Assembly (NCBI GenBank): GCA_910585865.1 | Contig: CAJUGO010000003.1 | Span: forward strand, 32,924 to 96,923 | DNA length: 64,000 nucleotides | Direction of reading: 5' to 3' | Origin: an uncultured Ruminococcus sp. | GTDB lineage: Bacteria; Bacillota; Clostridia; Oscillospirales; Acutalibacteraceae | The notes under the pieces: generated by a model | The model's input: only the letters and a program-made list of their open reading frames with translations | What the model was told of the DNA's origin: nothing | Databases searched by the model: none | Translations under genes and position numbers: made by a program | In this document: positions 43,646 through 52,968 of the stretch, one piece after another | Layout of the letters: the number at the start of each line of letters is the position of its first letter | Position numbering within the stretch: the stretch's first letter is position 1

Positions 43646-45085
43646 ATGAATTTATATGTTAAAAATCATTGCTTTCACTTTGAACTAGAAAATCTTTCAA
43701 GACTGTTTTTTCCTAATGAAAAAATAACAGTATATAAGGATTTTGACTCAATTATACCTCCGTATATTTATACTGAAGTATCACAAAAAATAAGAATATC
43801 TGTGCAGATCGGCGATTATAGCAGGGAAAAAGTATGTGAAAAGGCTGATAATGACGATGATAATGAACTTTTTGCTGCACAACTGCTTTATTCACTTTTA
43901 TGTGATTTTTCCGGCATAACTCAGCCGTGGGGGATTTTAACGGGAGTAAGACCGGTAAAATTACTCAGAAAACTGTCGGAGGAAATGGGCAAGAGAAAAG
44001 CAGAACTAAAATTTAGTAACGACTTTTTTGTAAGTGATGAAAAGCTGAATTTGGCAAGAGAAACAGAATCAAATGAGAAAAAGATTTTGCAGCTGTCAAG
44101 ACAGGAGTCCTTTAGTTTGTATGTGGGAATACCGTTTTGTCCTTCAAGATGCAGTTATTGTTCTTTTGTAATGTCATCAATAGAAAGGGCAAAAAAGCTG
44201 ATTGATACTTATGTTGACTTGTTATGTGAAGAAATAAAATATACCGCCGAAATTGCAGCAAATCTTGGACTGAGCCTTGAGACAGTCTATTTTGGCGGGG
44301 GAACTCCAACAACCCTGAATGCTGAACAGCTAAATAAGGTGCTTTCTGTTGTTAACAACAGTTTTAATATAAATACTTGCAGAGAATTTACTGTGGAGGC
44401 TGGCCGTCCCGATACAATAGACAGCGACCGTCTTTATGCATTAAAGGAAAATAAGGTTGACAGGATAAGTATTAACCCGCAAACTGTAAACGACAGTGTA
44501 TTAAAAGAAATCGGACGGAAGCATACGGCTCAGCAATTTTTTGACGCGTTTGCGCTTGCACGCAAGTGCGGATTTAATAATATTAATACAGATTTAATTG
44601 CAGGACTTCCCACAGATACCTTTCGTAGTTTTAAAAACTCTCTTGATTCTATACTCGGTTTGTATCCAGAGTGCATAACAGTTCATACTCTTTGTATGAA
44701 AAGAGCTTCAACGCTTACTACACAAGGCGTAACACTGGAAAAGAACAAAGCTTATGAGGCTCGGGAAATGCTTGAGTATACTCATAGCATATTAAAGGCA
44801 CAGCAGTACATACCATATTATATGTACCGTCAGAGCAGAATGGTTGGAAATCTTGAAAATGTGGGATGGTCATTAAAAGGATATGAAAGTCTTTACAATG
44901 TATATGTAATGGATGAAACACATACAATTCTTGCCTGCGGTTCGGGCGGAGTCACAAAGCTGAAAAAACATTCTCCGGATTGTCTTGAACGCATATTTAA
45001 TTTTAAATACCCTTATGAGTATATTGATCATTTTGACAAAATAATTCAAAGAAAGTCAGGAATAACAAAATTTTATTGTCAATAA
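43646..45085 (+). CDS. hemZ: Radical SAM coproporphyrinogen-dehydrogenase-like protein (HemZ/HemN family)
   Basis: CX3CX2C 'CPSRCSYCSF', 'YFGGGTPT' and an N-terminal HemZ-type extension. 479 aa. Confidence 0.7.
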   Translation: MNLYVKNHCFHFELENLSRLFFPNEKITVYKDFDSIIPPYIYTEVSQKIRISVQIGDYSREKVCEKADNDDDNELFAAQLLYSLLCDFSGITQPWGILTGVRPVKLLRKLSEEMGKRKAELKFSNDFFVSDEKLNLARETESNEKKILQLSRQESFSLYVGIPFCPSRCSYCSFVMSSIERAKKLIDTYVDLLCEEIKYTAEIAANLGLSLETVYFGGGTPTTLNAEQLNKVLSVVNNSFNINTCREFTVEAGRPDTIDSDRLYALKENKVDRISINPQTVNDSVLKEIGRKHTAQQFFDAFALARKCGFNNINTDLIAGLPTDTFRSFKNSLDSILGLYPECITVHTLCMKRASTLTTQGVTLEKNKAYEAREMLEYTHSILKAQQYIPYYMYRQSRMVGNLENVGWSLKGYESLYNVYVMDETHTILACGSGGVTKLKKHSPDCLERIFNFKYPYEYIDHFDKIIQRKSGITKFYCQ

Positions 45086-45152
45086 TACTGTTGATTAATA
45101 CTTGTAATAGTGATATAATACCAAATATTGTATATGAAAGGTTGCTTTAATT

Positions 45153-45557
45153 ATGGGAAAATTTGATGGATTATTTGATGATGTAGTTGTCAATGCAAAA
45201 GCTGCCGCTGCTGCTGTTTCACAAAAGGCTTCAGCCGTTTGTGATGTTTCAAAACATAAGTTATCCGCTGCTGAAATCAGAGGGGAAATTAATAAACGGC
45301 TTCGCAGTTTGGGTGCTCTCACTTATAAATCAAAGGTAAATAATATTGATTTGTCTGAAGAAATTTCAAAAACGATTTCTGAAATAACAGAGTTAAAAGA
45401 AAATCTTAGTGTAATAAATGAACATATTGCTTCTTCAAAGAATCAAAAAAGATGTCCGAAATGTGAAGCGATTGCTCCTAAGAATTCCCTTTTCTGTAAC
45501 ATATGCGGTGCAAAACTTGATGATGAGCAGAAGGAAGATATATCTGATTTTATATAA
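45153..45557 (+). CDS. Zinc-ribbon domain protein
   Basis: C-terminal 'CPKCEAIAPKNSLFCNICGAKL' (CxxC-x11-CxxC) after a helical N-terminal region. Confidence 0.55.
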   Translation: MGKFDGLFDDVVVNAKAAAAAVSQKASAVCDVSKHKLSAAEIRGEINKRLRSLGALTYKSKVNNIDLSEEISKTISEITELKENLSVINEHIASSKNQKRCPKCEAIAPKNSLFCNICGAKLDDEQKEDISDFI

Positions 45558-45717
45558 TTTTTAATTAAAGATTAAAACTAATTTTTAAAAGCGCTGAATA
45601 AAGCAAAATTTTCTATTCAATGCAAAATACCGGCGGAAATTTATATTTTATTTAGCATTTGAGATGTGCTGCTGTTTATATAGCAGACATTATATAATTT
45701 GTCTTGACTTCGGGTGA

Positions 45718-47592
45718 TTGAATTTGTCTAAAAAATTAAACAAAAAATATAATGCTGTTGCCGGTGCTGACAAAGACGTTTCACAAACCTTTGTCAAAGG
45801 TGCGGCAATTCTAACACTCAGTATGGTAATTGTCAAGGTTTTCGGACTACTTGATAAGGTGATTTTAAGCAGCATTTTTTCGAGTATCACTTATCCTGTG
45901 ACTGTGCCGCAGGGAATAGTTTATGAAGATTTTACATCTTTCGGTCTTGGTCTGTACAGCAACGCCTATGAAATTTTTGTTGTCATTTTTACAGTTGCTA
46001 CAGGAGGCTTGCCGATAGCTATTTCTCGTCTTGTATCCGAAAGTACGGCACAAAAACGATATAAGGATGTAAAGTTAATCCATAAAATATCTATACCGTT
46101 CTTTATTATTGTCGGTGTTGCTTCTTTTCTTGTTTTGGTGGGGGCAAGTTTTGTATATGTGAATATTATTAAATCTCCGTATTCAATATACGCTATGATT
46201 TGTCTTGCACCGACAGTGTTGTTTGGATGTCTTGTTTCGATTTATCGCGGTTATTTTGAAGGACAGCGTAATATGAAGCCTACGGCAATTTCTGAAATTA
46301 TTGAGGCTTGTATTAAACTCGTTATAGGGGCGTTGCTTGCATATTTTATTGCGTCAATGGGAATGAATTCTTATGAAAACAGCGGTACGGTATTCGGGTT
46401 TACTTTTAACAGTATAAAGGAAGCCTATGAAACTATTGTTGCATTCTCCGTTGCTGGGGCAATAATGGGCATAACACTTGGCAGCTGTGCGTCATTTTTG
46501 TTTGTCTTTTTCCGCTATAAAATTTTGGGAGACGGTATTCCGGAAGAATACTATAAAAATTCAATAGATGCACGTACCAAGAGAGAAACCTTTATTTTAA
46601 TTTGTAAGACAGCAATTCCCACTGCTCTCGGAGCACTTGTTATGAGTCTTGGATCGCTGGTTGACCAGATTATAATCCAGCGTGTCCTTTTAAATATGAT
46701 TCAGACTAATCCGGAAGCAATTCAGTCGCAATACTCCAAATTTTTTACTGCTGACGCTTTTAACAGCAATGCAACCACTGTTCATACCAGATTATGGGGA
46801 TGTTATTCTGCATCACTTACATTTATGCAGCTTGTTACGGCAGTTACACAGGTTTTCGGTTCAAGTGCAATGCCTAACGTTACAAGTGCGTGGACTAAAG
46901 GAAACAAGCAGGAGCTTAAAAAATCAATAGAGACCGTAATCCGTATGACTATGTTATTTACGCTTCCAATGGCTCTTGGATTATGTGTGCTTGCTTTTCC
47001 TGTTATGGAGGTAGTCTTTTATGATGATTTAATTACTCAAGCAGGCGGAAAAATACTTATGCTTATGGGTATAACTACAATTTTCACAGCAGCTTCTACT
47101 CCGGTATGCAGTATGCTTCAGGGAATAGGCAGAGTCGATTTGCCAATGAAGCTGTATACGGTTTGCATGATTATAAAGATAGGTGTTACATGGATGTTTG
47201 TAAGTATTCCCAGTGTAAATATTCAGGGCGCTACAGCGGGTTCGCTTATTGCATATGCAGTAATTCTTATTACAGGTATGTATTTACTTATAAAATATTC
47301 AAAGGTTATGCCAAATCTTTTTGGTACAGTTATAAAACCTCTTATAGGTGCAGTTGCAAGTGCATTTGCTGCATGGGGAGTGTACACGTTAATTATCAGT
47401 GTTATTGACCTTGGTTCATTGGGCCGCAGATACGAAGTAATCTGTGCGTTGGCTCTTGCAGTTGTGGCTGCAGTAATAGCATATACATTAGTGTTGTTGA
47501 TATTGCGTGCTTTTACAGCTACCGAGCTTAAATTTTTGCCTAAAGGTGAGAAAATTGCAAAAGTACTTGAAAAATATGGATTAATTGAGTAA
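45718..47592 (+). CDS. MOP-superfamily flippase (SpoVB / YabM-like polysaccharide or lipid II flippase)
   Basis: 624 aa with about 14 TM segments. Occupies the YabM position upstream of mazG-yabO-yabP-yabQ-divIC-yabR. The TTG start is uncertain (45718 or 45724). Confidence 0.75.
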   Translation: MNLSKKLNKKYNAVAGADKDVSQTFVKGAAILTLSMVIVKVFGLLDKVILSSIFSSITYPVTVPQGIVYEDFTSFGLGLYSNAYEIFVVIFTVATGGLPIAISRLVSESTAQKRYKDVKLIHKISIPFFIIVGVASFLVLVGASFVYVNIIKSPYSIYAMICLAPTVLFGCLVSIYRGYFEGQRNMKPTAISEIIEACIKLVIGALLAYFIASMGMNSYENSGTVFGFTFNSIKEAYETIVAFSVAGAIMGITLGSCASFLFVFFRYKILGDGIPEEYYKNSIDARTKRETFILICKTAIPTALGALVMSLGSLVDQIIIQRVLLNMIQTNPEAIQSQYSKFFTADAFNSNATTVHTRLWGCYSASLTFMQLVTAVTQVFGSSAMPNVTSAWTKGNKQELKKSIETVIRMTMLFTLPMALGLCVLAFPVMEVVFYDDLITQAGGKILMLMGITTIFTAASTPVCSMLQGIGRVDLPMKLYTVCMIIKIGVTWMFVSIPSVNIQGATAGSLIAYAVILITGMYLLIKYSKVMPNLFGTVIKPLIGAVASAFAAWGVYTLIISVIDLGSLGRRYEVICALALAVVAAVIAYTLVLLILRAFTATELKFLPKGEKIAKVLEKYGLIE

Positions 47593-47607
47593 AATATATA
47601 ATTGTTG

Positions 47608-47750
47608 TCAGGGCGTATCTGAAAAGTATCTATCGCGCCCAAACATAGATTATTTCTGCAATATTGCTTATGGTTTCTTTGAATTTATGCCTAGTTTTGT
47701 GAGGAAATCTTTTGTTTTTTACGTATTGAAACTTTTCAGATACGCCTTGA
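47608..47750. repeat. Long-range inverted repeat (16 bp perfect; 20 bp as RNA with one G-U) enclosing 103 nt
   Basis: ggcgtatctgaaaagt (47612-47627) pairs with acttttcagatacgcc (47731-47746). Pairing extends to 47608/47750. The interior contains the palindrome gcaatattgc (47658-47667) and a weak hairpin plus T-tract (47672-47720). Confidence 0.85.
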
Positions 47751-47793
47751 ACAGTTTTAATAATATTTTTTTAAATTATTCGGGGATGGACAG

Positions 47794-48585
47794 ATGAATT
47801 TTAAAGAAAAAGATAATTATAATTTTAATGATTTAGTTGAAATAGTAAAAGTTCTGCGTTCTCCCGGCGGTTGTCCATGGGACAGAGAGCAAACACATAA
47901 ATCAATTCGCTCAAATTTTATTGAAGAGACATATGAGGCTGTTGAAGCGATTGATACGGATGATCTTGATTTGCTTAAAGAAGAGCTTGGAGATGTGCTG
48001 CTTCAGGTTGCACTTCATGCGGAAATTGAAAGTGAACAGGGAACATTTGATATTGACGATGTATGTGATGGAATATGCAAAAAATTAATTATCCGTCATC
48101 CGCACGTTTTTGGCAATGTCAAAGCTGATACCACTGACGTTGTTTTAAAAAATTGGGATGCTATTAAGATGCAGACAAAATCACAGAAAACTCAGACACA
48201 GGCAATTTTAAGTGTATCAAAAGCTTTGCCGTCACTTATGAGAAGTACAAAAATTCAGCAGAAAGCCGCTAAAGCCGGTTTTGACTGGGAAACAGTTGAC
48301 GGCGCTTTGGAAAAGCTGTTTGAGGAGTGCGAAGAACTTAAAGCTGCAATTGAAAGCAATGATATACAAAACCAGCGCGAAGAGCTTGGTGATGTGTTGT
48401 TTTCAGCTGTGAATGTAGCTCGTTTTCTAAAAATTGACAGTGAACATGCACTTTATGATGCTTGTGACAAATTTACAGACCGTTTTGCATCTGTTGAAAA
48501 GCTCGCTGAAGAGCGGCAAATAGATATGAAAACGGCATCACTTTCGTTACTGGATTCCCTTTGGGATGAAGTTAAAAACAAATAA
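47794..48585 (+). CDS. mazG: Nucleoside triphosphate pyrophosphohydrolase MazG
   Basis: Tandem MazG domains 'EETYEAVEAID...EELGDVLLQV' and 'EECEELKAAIE...EELGDVLFSAVNVARF'. Confidence 0.9.
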   Translation: MNFKEKDNYNFNDLVEIVKVLRSPGGCPWDREQTHKSIRSNFIEETYEAVEAIDTDDLDLLKEELGDVLLQVALHAEIESEQGTFDIDDVCDGICKKLIIRHPHVFGNVKADTTDVVLKNWDAIKMQTKSQKTQTQAILSVSKALPSLMRSTKIQQKAAKAGFDWETVDGALEKLFEECEELKAAIESNDIQNQREELGDVLFSAVNVARFLKIDSEHALYDACDKFTDRFASVEKLAEERQIDMKTASLSLLDSLWDEVKNK

Positions 48586-48608
48586 ATAAAATATGGAGGC
48601 CTATTAAA

Positions 48609-48884
48609 ATGAACAAAACTGAACTTATTGCTGCTGTTGCAGAAAAAAGCGGACTTTCAAAGAAAGACGCAGAAAAAGCAGTATCGGCTACAATCGACAC
48701 AATTATTGATACAGTTGCTGCAGGCGAAAAACTTCAGGTTGCAGGCTTTGGTACTTTTGAACAGCGCCAGAGAAATGCAAGAACAGGATGTGACCCAAGA
48801 ACAGGTAAATCAATCGAAATTCCTGCATCTAAGGTTCCGGCATTTAAAGCAGGTAAAGGCTTTAAGGATGTTGTAAACAAGTAA
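48609..48884 (+). CDS. hup: DNA-binding protein HU
   Basis: 'MNKTELIAAVAEKSGLSKKDAEKAV...GFGTFEQRQRNARTGCDPRTGKSIEIPASKVPAFKAGK'. Confidence 0.95.
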   Translation: MNKTELIAAVAEKSGLSKKDAEKAVSATIDTIIDTVAAGEKLQVAGFGTFEQRQRNARTGCDPRTGKSIEIPASKVPAFKAGKGFKDVVNK

Positions 48885-48900
48885 TGTTAGTTGCGAAGTC

Positions 48901-48937
48901 CGGGTAATGGTACAATGTATCATTACCCGTTCTTTTA
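48901..48937 (+). terminator. Rho-independent terminator after hup
   Basis: 9-bp GC-rich stem cgggtaatg / cattacccg followed by TTCTTTT. Confidence 0.7.
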
Positions 48938-49026
48938 ATTTTGATTTTAATTACACCTTATCTGCCCGCGGTAAGGCTGTAAACGATTTTAATTCTATTT
49001 GTGGGCGGAAAGGTGTAATAATTAAT

Positions 49027-49266
49027 ATGAGGCTTGATAAATATTTAAAGGTATCCCGGTTGATTAAACGCAGAACAGTAGCAAATGAAGCTTGTGATGC
49101 GGGTAAAATATCTGTAAACGGCAAAATCGCAAGGGCATCGTATGATGTAAAAACAGGGGATATTATTGAGATTACTCTCGGTTCCAAATGTGTAAAGGTT
49201 AGGGTAACAGAGGTTAAAGAGGTTGTGCGCAAAGAAGATGCAGCAGCAATGTATGAGCCGGTGTGA
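49027..49266 (+). CDS. yabO: S4-domain RNA-binding protein YabO (RqcP/Hsp15-like)
   Basis: 'MRLDKYLKVSRLIKRRTVANEACDAGKISVNG'. Start set to the internal ATG 49027 of ORF 48907..49266. Confidence 0.85.
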   Translation: MRLDKYLKVSRLIKRRTVANEACDAGKISVNGKIARASYDVKTGDIIEITLGSKCVKVRVTEVKEVVRKEDAAAMYEPV

Positions 49267-49415
49267 TTTTTTAATGAATCTTTACAATGATAATTCAATT
49301 TTGTATATTATATCTCTGAACTATTTTCGGCTAACATTATAATATTATCAACTGATGAATAAAATTGAAATTTATTCCGTATAAATTATTACCAGAGTTA
49401 TACGGAGGTTTTTTT

Positions 49416-49688
49416 ATGACAGAAATGCAAAAGGGAAGAAATCATACACTTATGCTTGACAATAGAGGTAAACTTGTTTTGACGGGCGCAGAGGATGTAA
49501 GCGGGTTTAATGAAGAGACTGTTTGTGTAAAAACATCTTGCGGTTCTTTGATTATAAAAGGAGAAAAGCTCCATATTGATAAATTGAATTTAGAAACAGG
49601 CGATGTTTCAATTGACGGACGAATAAATGCAATGCAATATTTAGGTACTGATAATTCTCGTTCTAAGCTGTCAAAACTGTTTAAATAA
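49416..49688 (+). CDS. yabP: Sporulation protein YabP
   Basis: 'HTLMLDNRGKLVLTGAEDVSGFNEETVCVKTSCGSLIIKGEKLHIDKLNLETGDVSIDG'. Start at ATG 49416 (ACGGAGG RBS). Confidence 0.85.
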   Translation: MTEMQKGRNHTLMLDNRGKLVLTGAEDVSGFNEETVCVKTSCGSLIIKGEKLHIDKLNLETGDVSIDGRINAMQYLGTDNSRSKLSKLFK

Positions 49689-49700
49689 GGGTGAAGTTAA

Positions 49701-50249
49701 TTGGAACTTACATTTTTGCAGCAATCAACAGCATTTTTGTATTCGCTTTTGTTAGGTCTTTCGTTGGGAGTATTCTATGGAGTGCTCAAAATAATAAGAA
49801 TTACTTTTTGTTCAGGAAAAGTATCTGTATTTTTTCTTGACTTTCTTTTTATGCTGACAGCAGCAACATCAGTATATATTTTTTCTGTTGCATTTTTACT
49901 TGGTTTTGTACGCGTTTTTACAATCTTGGGAACATTAACCGGATTTATATTATACAGGCTTACATTTGGTATTTTATTTTCAAAGTTATACTGTCCTTTA
50001 ATTAAACTAGTAAAAAAATTAATATGTAAAATTTTTCTTAAAATTAAAAAAATTACAAAAAAGCTATTGAAAATTATACACAAGATATTGTATAATAAGA
50101 ATACTAATAGAAGTATATTTGGAAACAAAAGAGAAACTTTGGAAAACAATGAGGAAAATTTAAAAAATGAAAAAAACAGTGAAAAATTCAAAAAACTCTC
50201 GCGTTTCTCAGCAAGCAGAAAAAAACGGAATAAAGGAAATAACGCCTAA
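49701..50249 (+). CDS. yabQ: Spore cortex biosynthesis protein YabQ with a Lys-rich C-terminal tail
   Basis: TTG start with AAGGGTGA RBS. Three or four TM segments. Conserved position after yabP. The 3' end overlaps divIC by 83 nt. Confidence 0.6.
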   Translation: MELTFLQQSTAFLYSLLLGLSLGVFYGVLKIIRITFCSGKVSVFFLDFLFMLTAATSVYIFSVAFLLGFVRVFTILGTLTGFILYRLTFGILFSKLYCPLIKLVKKLICKIFLKIKKITKKLLKIIHKILYNKNTNRSIFGNKRETLENNEENLKNEKNSEKFKKLSRFSASRKKRNKGNNA

Positions 50250-50538
50250 AAGGCTTAAAAAAAGAAGATATATACTGCTTTATCTGGCTATTGTCGGTTT
50301 TACCTTTTATGCGGTTATTACCATAATTAATCAGAGTGTTCAGATAGCTGATAAAAAAGCAGAACTTAATGATTTGCAGCAGCAAATAAACGTTGTTGAA
50401 ATTCAGACCTCGTACATTCAAAAGGTACAGGGATATAAAGGTGACGAGCTTAAGGCTTATATGGAAAAGATAGCAAAGGAAGAACTTGGTTACATAAGTG
50501 ACGGCGAACGAATTTTTATTAATGTTGCCGGTGACTAA
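50167..50538 (+). CDS. divIC: Septum formation initiator, FtsB/DivIC family
   Basis: Basic N-terminus, a single TM 'YILLYLAIVGFTFYAVITII', then the coiled coil 'ADKKAELNDLQQQINVVE'. Confidence 0.7.
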   Translation: MKKTVKNSKNSRVSQQAEKNGIKEITPKRLKKRRYILLYLAIVGFTFYAVITIINQSVQIADKKAELNDLQQQINVVEIQTSYIQKVQGYKGDELKAYMEKIAKEELGYISDGERIFINVAGD

Positions 50539-50577
50539 TAAAAGGGTAAAAAATTTTTTAAGGGGTAATAAATTTAT

Positions 50578-51069
50578 ATGGCTATTGAAGTCGGAATGAT
50601 TTTGGAAGGAAAAGTTTCAGGCATTACAAAATTTGGTGCATTTGTTGACTTGCCCGAATCGAAAACAGGTATGGTACATATTTCTGAGGTAGCGCCTACA
50701 TTTATTAATGAAATAGGCGATTATGTTAAATTGGGACAAGTGGTCAAAGTTAAAGTACTTGCTGTTAATGAGGGCAAAATAAGTTTGTCTATGAAACAAG
50801 CACTGCCAAAAGAACAGCAGCAAAAGCGTTCTTCTGACAGACCTCAGAAGCAAAGTTTCCGTAAACCGCAGCAGCCATACAAGCCTGCTCCTCCGGTAAC
50901 TTCACCAGGGGACTATGAATGGCAAAATTCACGGAAGAATGCCCCGACATCATTTGAAGATATGATGTCAAGATTTAAGCAGACCAGTGAAGACAAGATG
51001 TCTGACCTTAAACGCGGAGGAGAGAGCCGGGGCTATAGCCGCAGAGGTAACGGCAGCGGCAGAAAATAA
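50578..51069 (+). CDS. yabR: S1 RNA-binding domain protein (YabR-like)
   Basis: 'GMILEGKVSGITKFGAFVDLPESKTGMVHISEV...GQVVKVKVLAVNE-GKISLSMK' plus a basic, disordered tail. Confidence 0.85.
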   Translation: MAIEVGMILEGKVSGITKFGAFVDLPESKTGMVHISEVAPTFINEIGDYVKLGQVVKVKVLAVNEGKISLSMKQALPKEQQQKRSSDRPQKQSFRKPQQPYKPAPPVTSPGDYEWQNSRKNAPTSFEDMMSRFKQTSEDKMSDLKRGGESRGYSRRGNGSGRK

Positions 51070-51097
51070 AATTTAATATTTTAAGGGAGGAAGATTT

Positions 51098-51634
51098 ATG
51101 AAAATCACCTACACTGCCAGAAAAGTTAACCTTAGAGATAATTTTAAGGATAGAGTTGAAAAAAAACTTTCTAAGTTTGAAAAGATATTTTCTGAAAATT
51201 CTGAAGTAAATGTTGTTGTGACTCTTGAAAAAAATCGTCAGACAGTTGAAATAACAGTCAGAGATAACAGCATGGTTTACCGTGCAGAAAGCACGATGGC
51301 GGAAATGAATGATGCTCTGGATAAGGTTTGTGATATTCTCATGCGTCAGATACGTAAGAATAAAACCAAACTTGAAAAAAGAATTAAATCAGGAAGTATT
51401 GATGATTTCGTAATGCAGAATCCGCAAACTGATGTAACTGAAGACGATGATTATATCGTTGTTCGTAAAAAACAAGTTATTATGAAGCCTATTTCTGTTG
51501 ATGAAGCTATCCTTGAAATGAATATGGTTAATCATAATTTCTTCATGTTTATTAATGCAGATACTGATGAAGTAAATGTTGTATATAAGCGTGCTGATGG
51601 AAACTACGGATTACTTGAAGCAGCAGCCGATTAA
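51098..51634 (+). CDS. hpf: Ribosome hibernation promoting factor (long HPF)
   Basis: 178 aa. 'KLSKFEKIF', 'VEITV' and a C-terminal dimerisation domain 'KPISVDEAILEMNMVNHNFFMFINADTDEVNVVYKRADGNYGLLE'. Confidence 0.95.
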   Translation: MKITYTARKVNLRDNFKDRVEKKLSKFEKIFSENSEVNVVVTLEKNRQTVEITVRDNSMVYRAESTMAEMNDALDKVCDILMRQIRKNKTKLEKRIKSGSIDDFVMQNPQTDVTEDDDYIVVRKKQVIMKPISVDEAILEMNMVNHNFFMFINADTDEVNVVYKRADGNYGLLEAAAD

Positions 51635-51656
51635 GATTAATATAATTATTTTGATT

Positions 51657-51688
51657 AAGGGTATCGGTATTTCCGATACCCTTTTAAT
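51657..51688 (+). terminator. Rho-independent terminator after hpf
   Basis: 11-bp stem aagggtatcgg / ccgataccctt, 5-nt loop, T-tract. Confidence 0.75.
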
Positions 51689-51775
51689 AATAATCATTAT
51701 ATTTTTAAATTATCTAGTATTATAGAATTTAAGAAATTGAAATCAAAATTATGTTCAGTAATTTAAGGAGGATAT

Positions 51776-52891
51776 ATGGAATTAAGATTTACCGCACCTT
51801 GTATATTTGGTCTTGAAGGTCTATGTGCAAATGAATTGCGGTTTCATGGTATTGAGAATGTGTCTGCTGAAAATGGAAGAGTGATTTTTACCGGCGATTA
51901 TTCAACTCTTGCAAAGGCTAATATCAATTCTCATTATGCAGAACGCATCCTTATTTTGCTGGCTGAATTTGAAGTGCATACATTTGATGAATTATTTGAA
52001 AATGTAAAAAAAATTAATTGGGAAGATTTTATCGGTTCATCGGAGGCTTTTCCCGTAAAGGGAAGATGTTTAAATTCTGATCTTATGAGTGTGCCTGATT
52101 GTCAGAAAATAATAAAGAAATCAATTGTAACGAGGTTATCCGAAAAATATATGCTTCCCTGGTTTGATGAAACAGGTGCGACTCACCAAATACAATTTTT
52201 GATTTTTAATAATAAAGCCAGTATAATGTTGGATACCTCAGGTTCAGGTCTGCATAAGCGCGGATACAGAGCACAGTCAAATGATGCTCCTATTAAAGAA
52301 ACGCTTGCCGCTGCTATGGTTGAACTTTCAAGGGTTCGTTCAAATCATTTTGTTACTGATCCCATGTGCGGCAGCGGTACAATATTAATAGAAGCAGCAA
52401 TGAAAGCGCTAAATATTGCTCCGGGCCTTAATAGATATTTTGCTTGTGAAAAATGGAAATGTATGCCTGCAGATGTATTTGAAAGAGAAAGGGAAAGCGC
52501 TCGTGAAAAAATTAGAACTGACTGCACATTTAGAGCAGTCGGATATGATATTGATGAATCCGCACTTGAAGTTGCACGCAGAAACGCTGAATTGGCTGGG
52601 GTTGCTGATAGAATTTCCTTTAATAAACGCGATATTAAAAACTTTGTTCTTGATGAAGGTTTTCAGACAGTTATCACAAACCCGCCATACGGAGAACGTT
52701 TGCTTGACGTAAAATCAGCTGAGCAGTTATATAAGATAATGGGTGAAAAATTTTTAAAGTTAAAAGGCAAAAGCTACACAATTATCAGTCCTGATGATGA
52801 CTTTGAAAAGATTTTTGGCAGAAAAGCAGATAAAAGAAGAAAATTATATAACGGAACTTTGAAATGCCAGTTATATATGTTTTTTAAATAG
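51776..52891 (+). CDS. THUMP-domain class I SAM-dependent RNA methyltransferase (RlmL/YpsC-like)
   Basis: SAM motif 'TDPMCGSGTILIEAA' and catalytic 'VITNPPYGERL'. N-terminal THUMP region. Confidence 0.85.
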   Translation: MELRFTAPCIFGLEGLCANELRFHGIENVSAENGRVIFTGDYSTLAKANINSHYAERILILLAEFEVHTFDELFENVKKINWEDFIGSSEAFPVKGRCLNSDLMSVPDCQKIIKKSIVTRLSEKYMLPWFDETGATHQIQFLIFNNKASIMLDTSGSGLHKRGYRAQSNDAPIKETLAAAMVELSRVRSNHFVTDPMCGSGTILIEAAMKALNIAPGLNRYFACEKWKCMPADVFERERESAREKIRTDCTFRAVGYDIDESALEVARRNAELAGVADRISFNKRDIKNFVLDEGFQTVITNPPYGERLLDVKSAEQLYKIMGEKFLKLKGKSYTIISPDDDFEKIFGRKADKRRKLYNGTLKCQLYMFFK

Positions 52892-52968
52892 TATAATAAA
52901 ACTGTTGATTTATTTCACGGTTTATAGTATTATAATTAAGATAACTATAATTTAAGGAGGTATCACAG

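Noticed and set aside
47585-47797. 70-aa + strand ORF spanning the whole flippase-mazG intergenic region
   Set aside because: It has a non-ATG start overlapping the flippase stop and no RBS, its composition is not protein-like, and it runs through the hairpin/T-tract. The region is better explained as non-coding structure.
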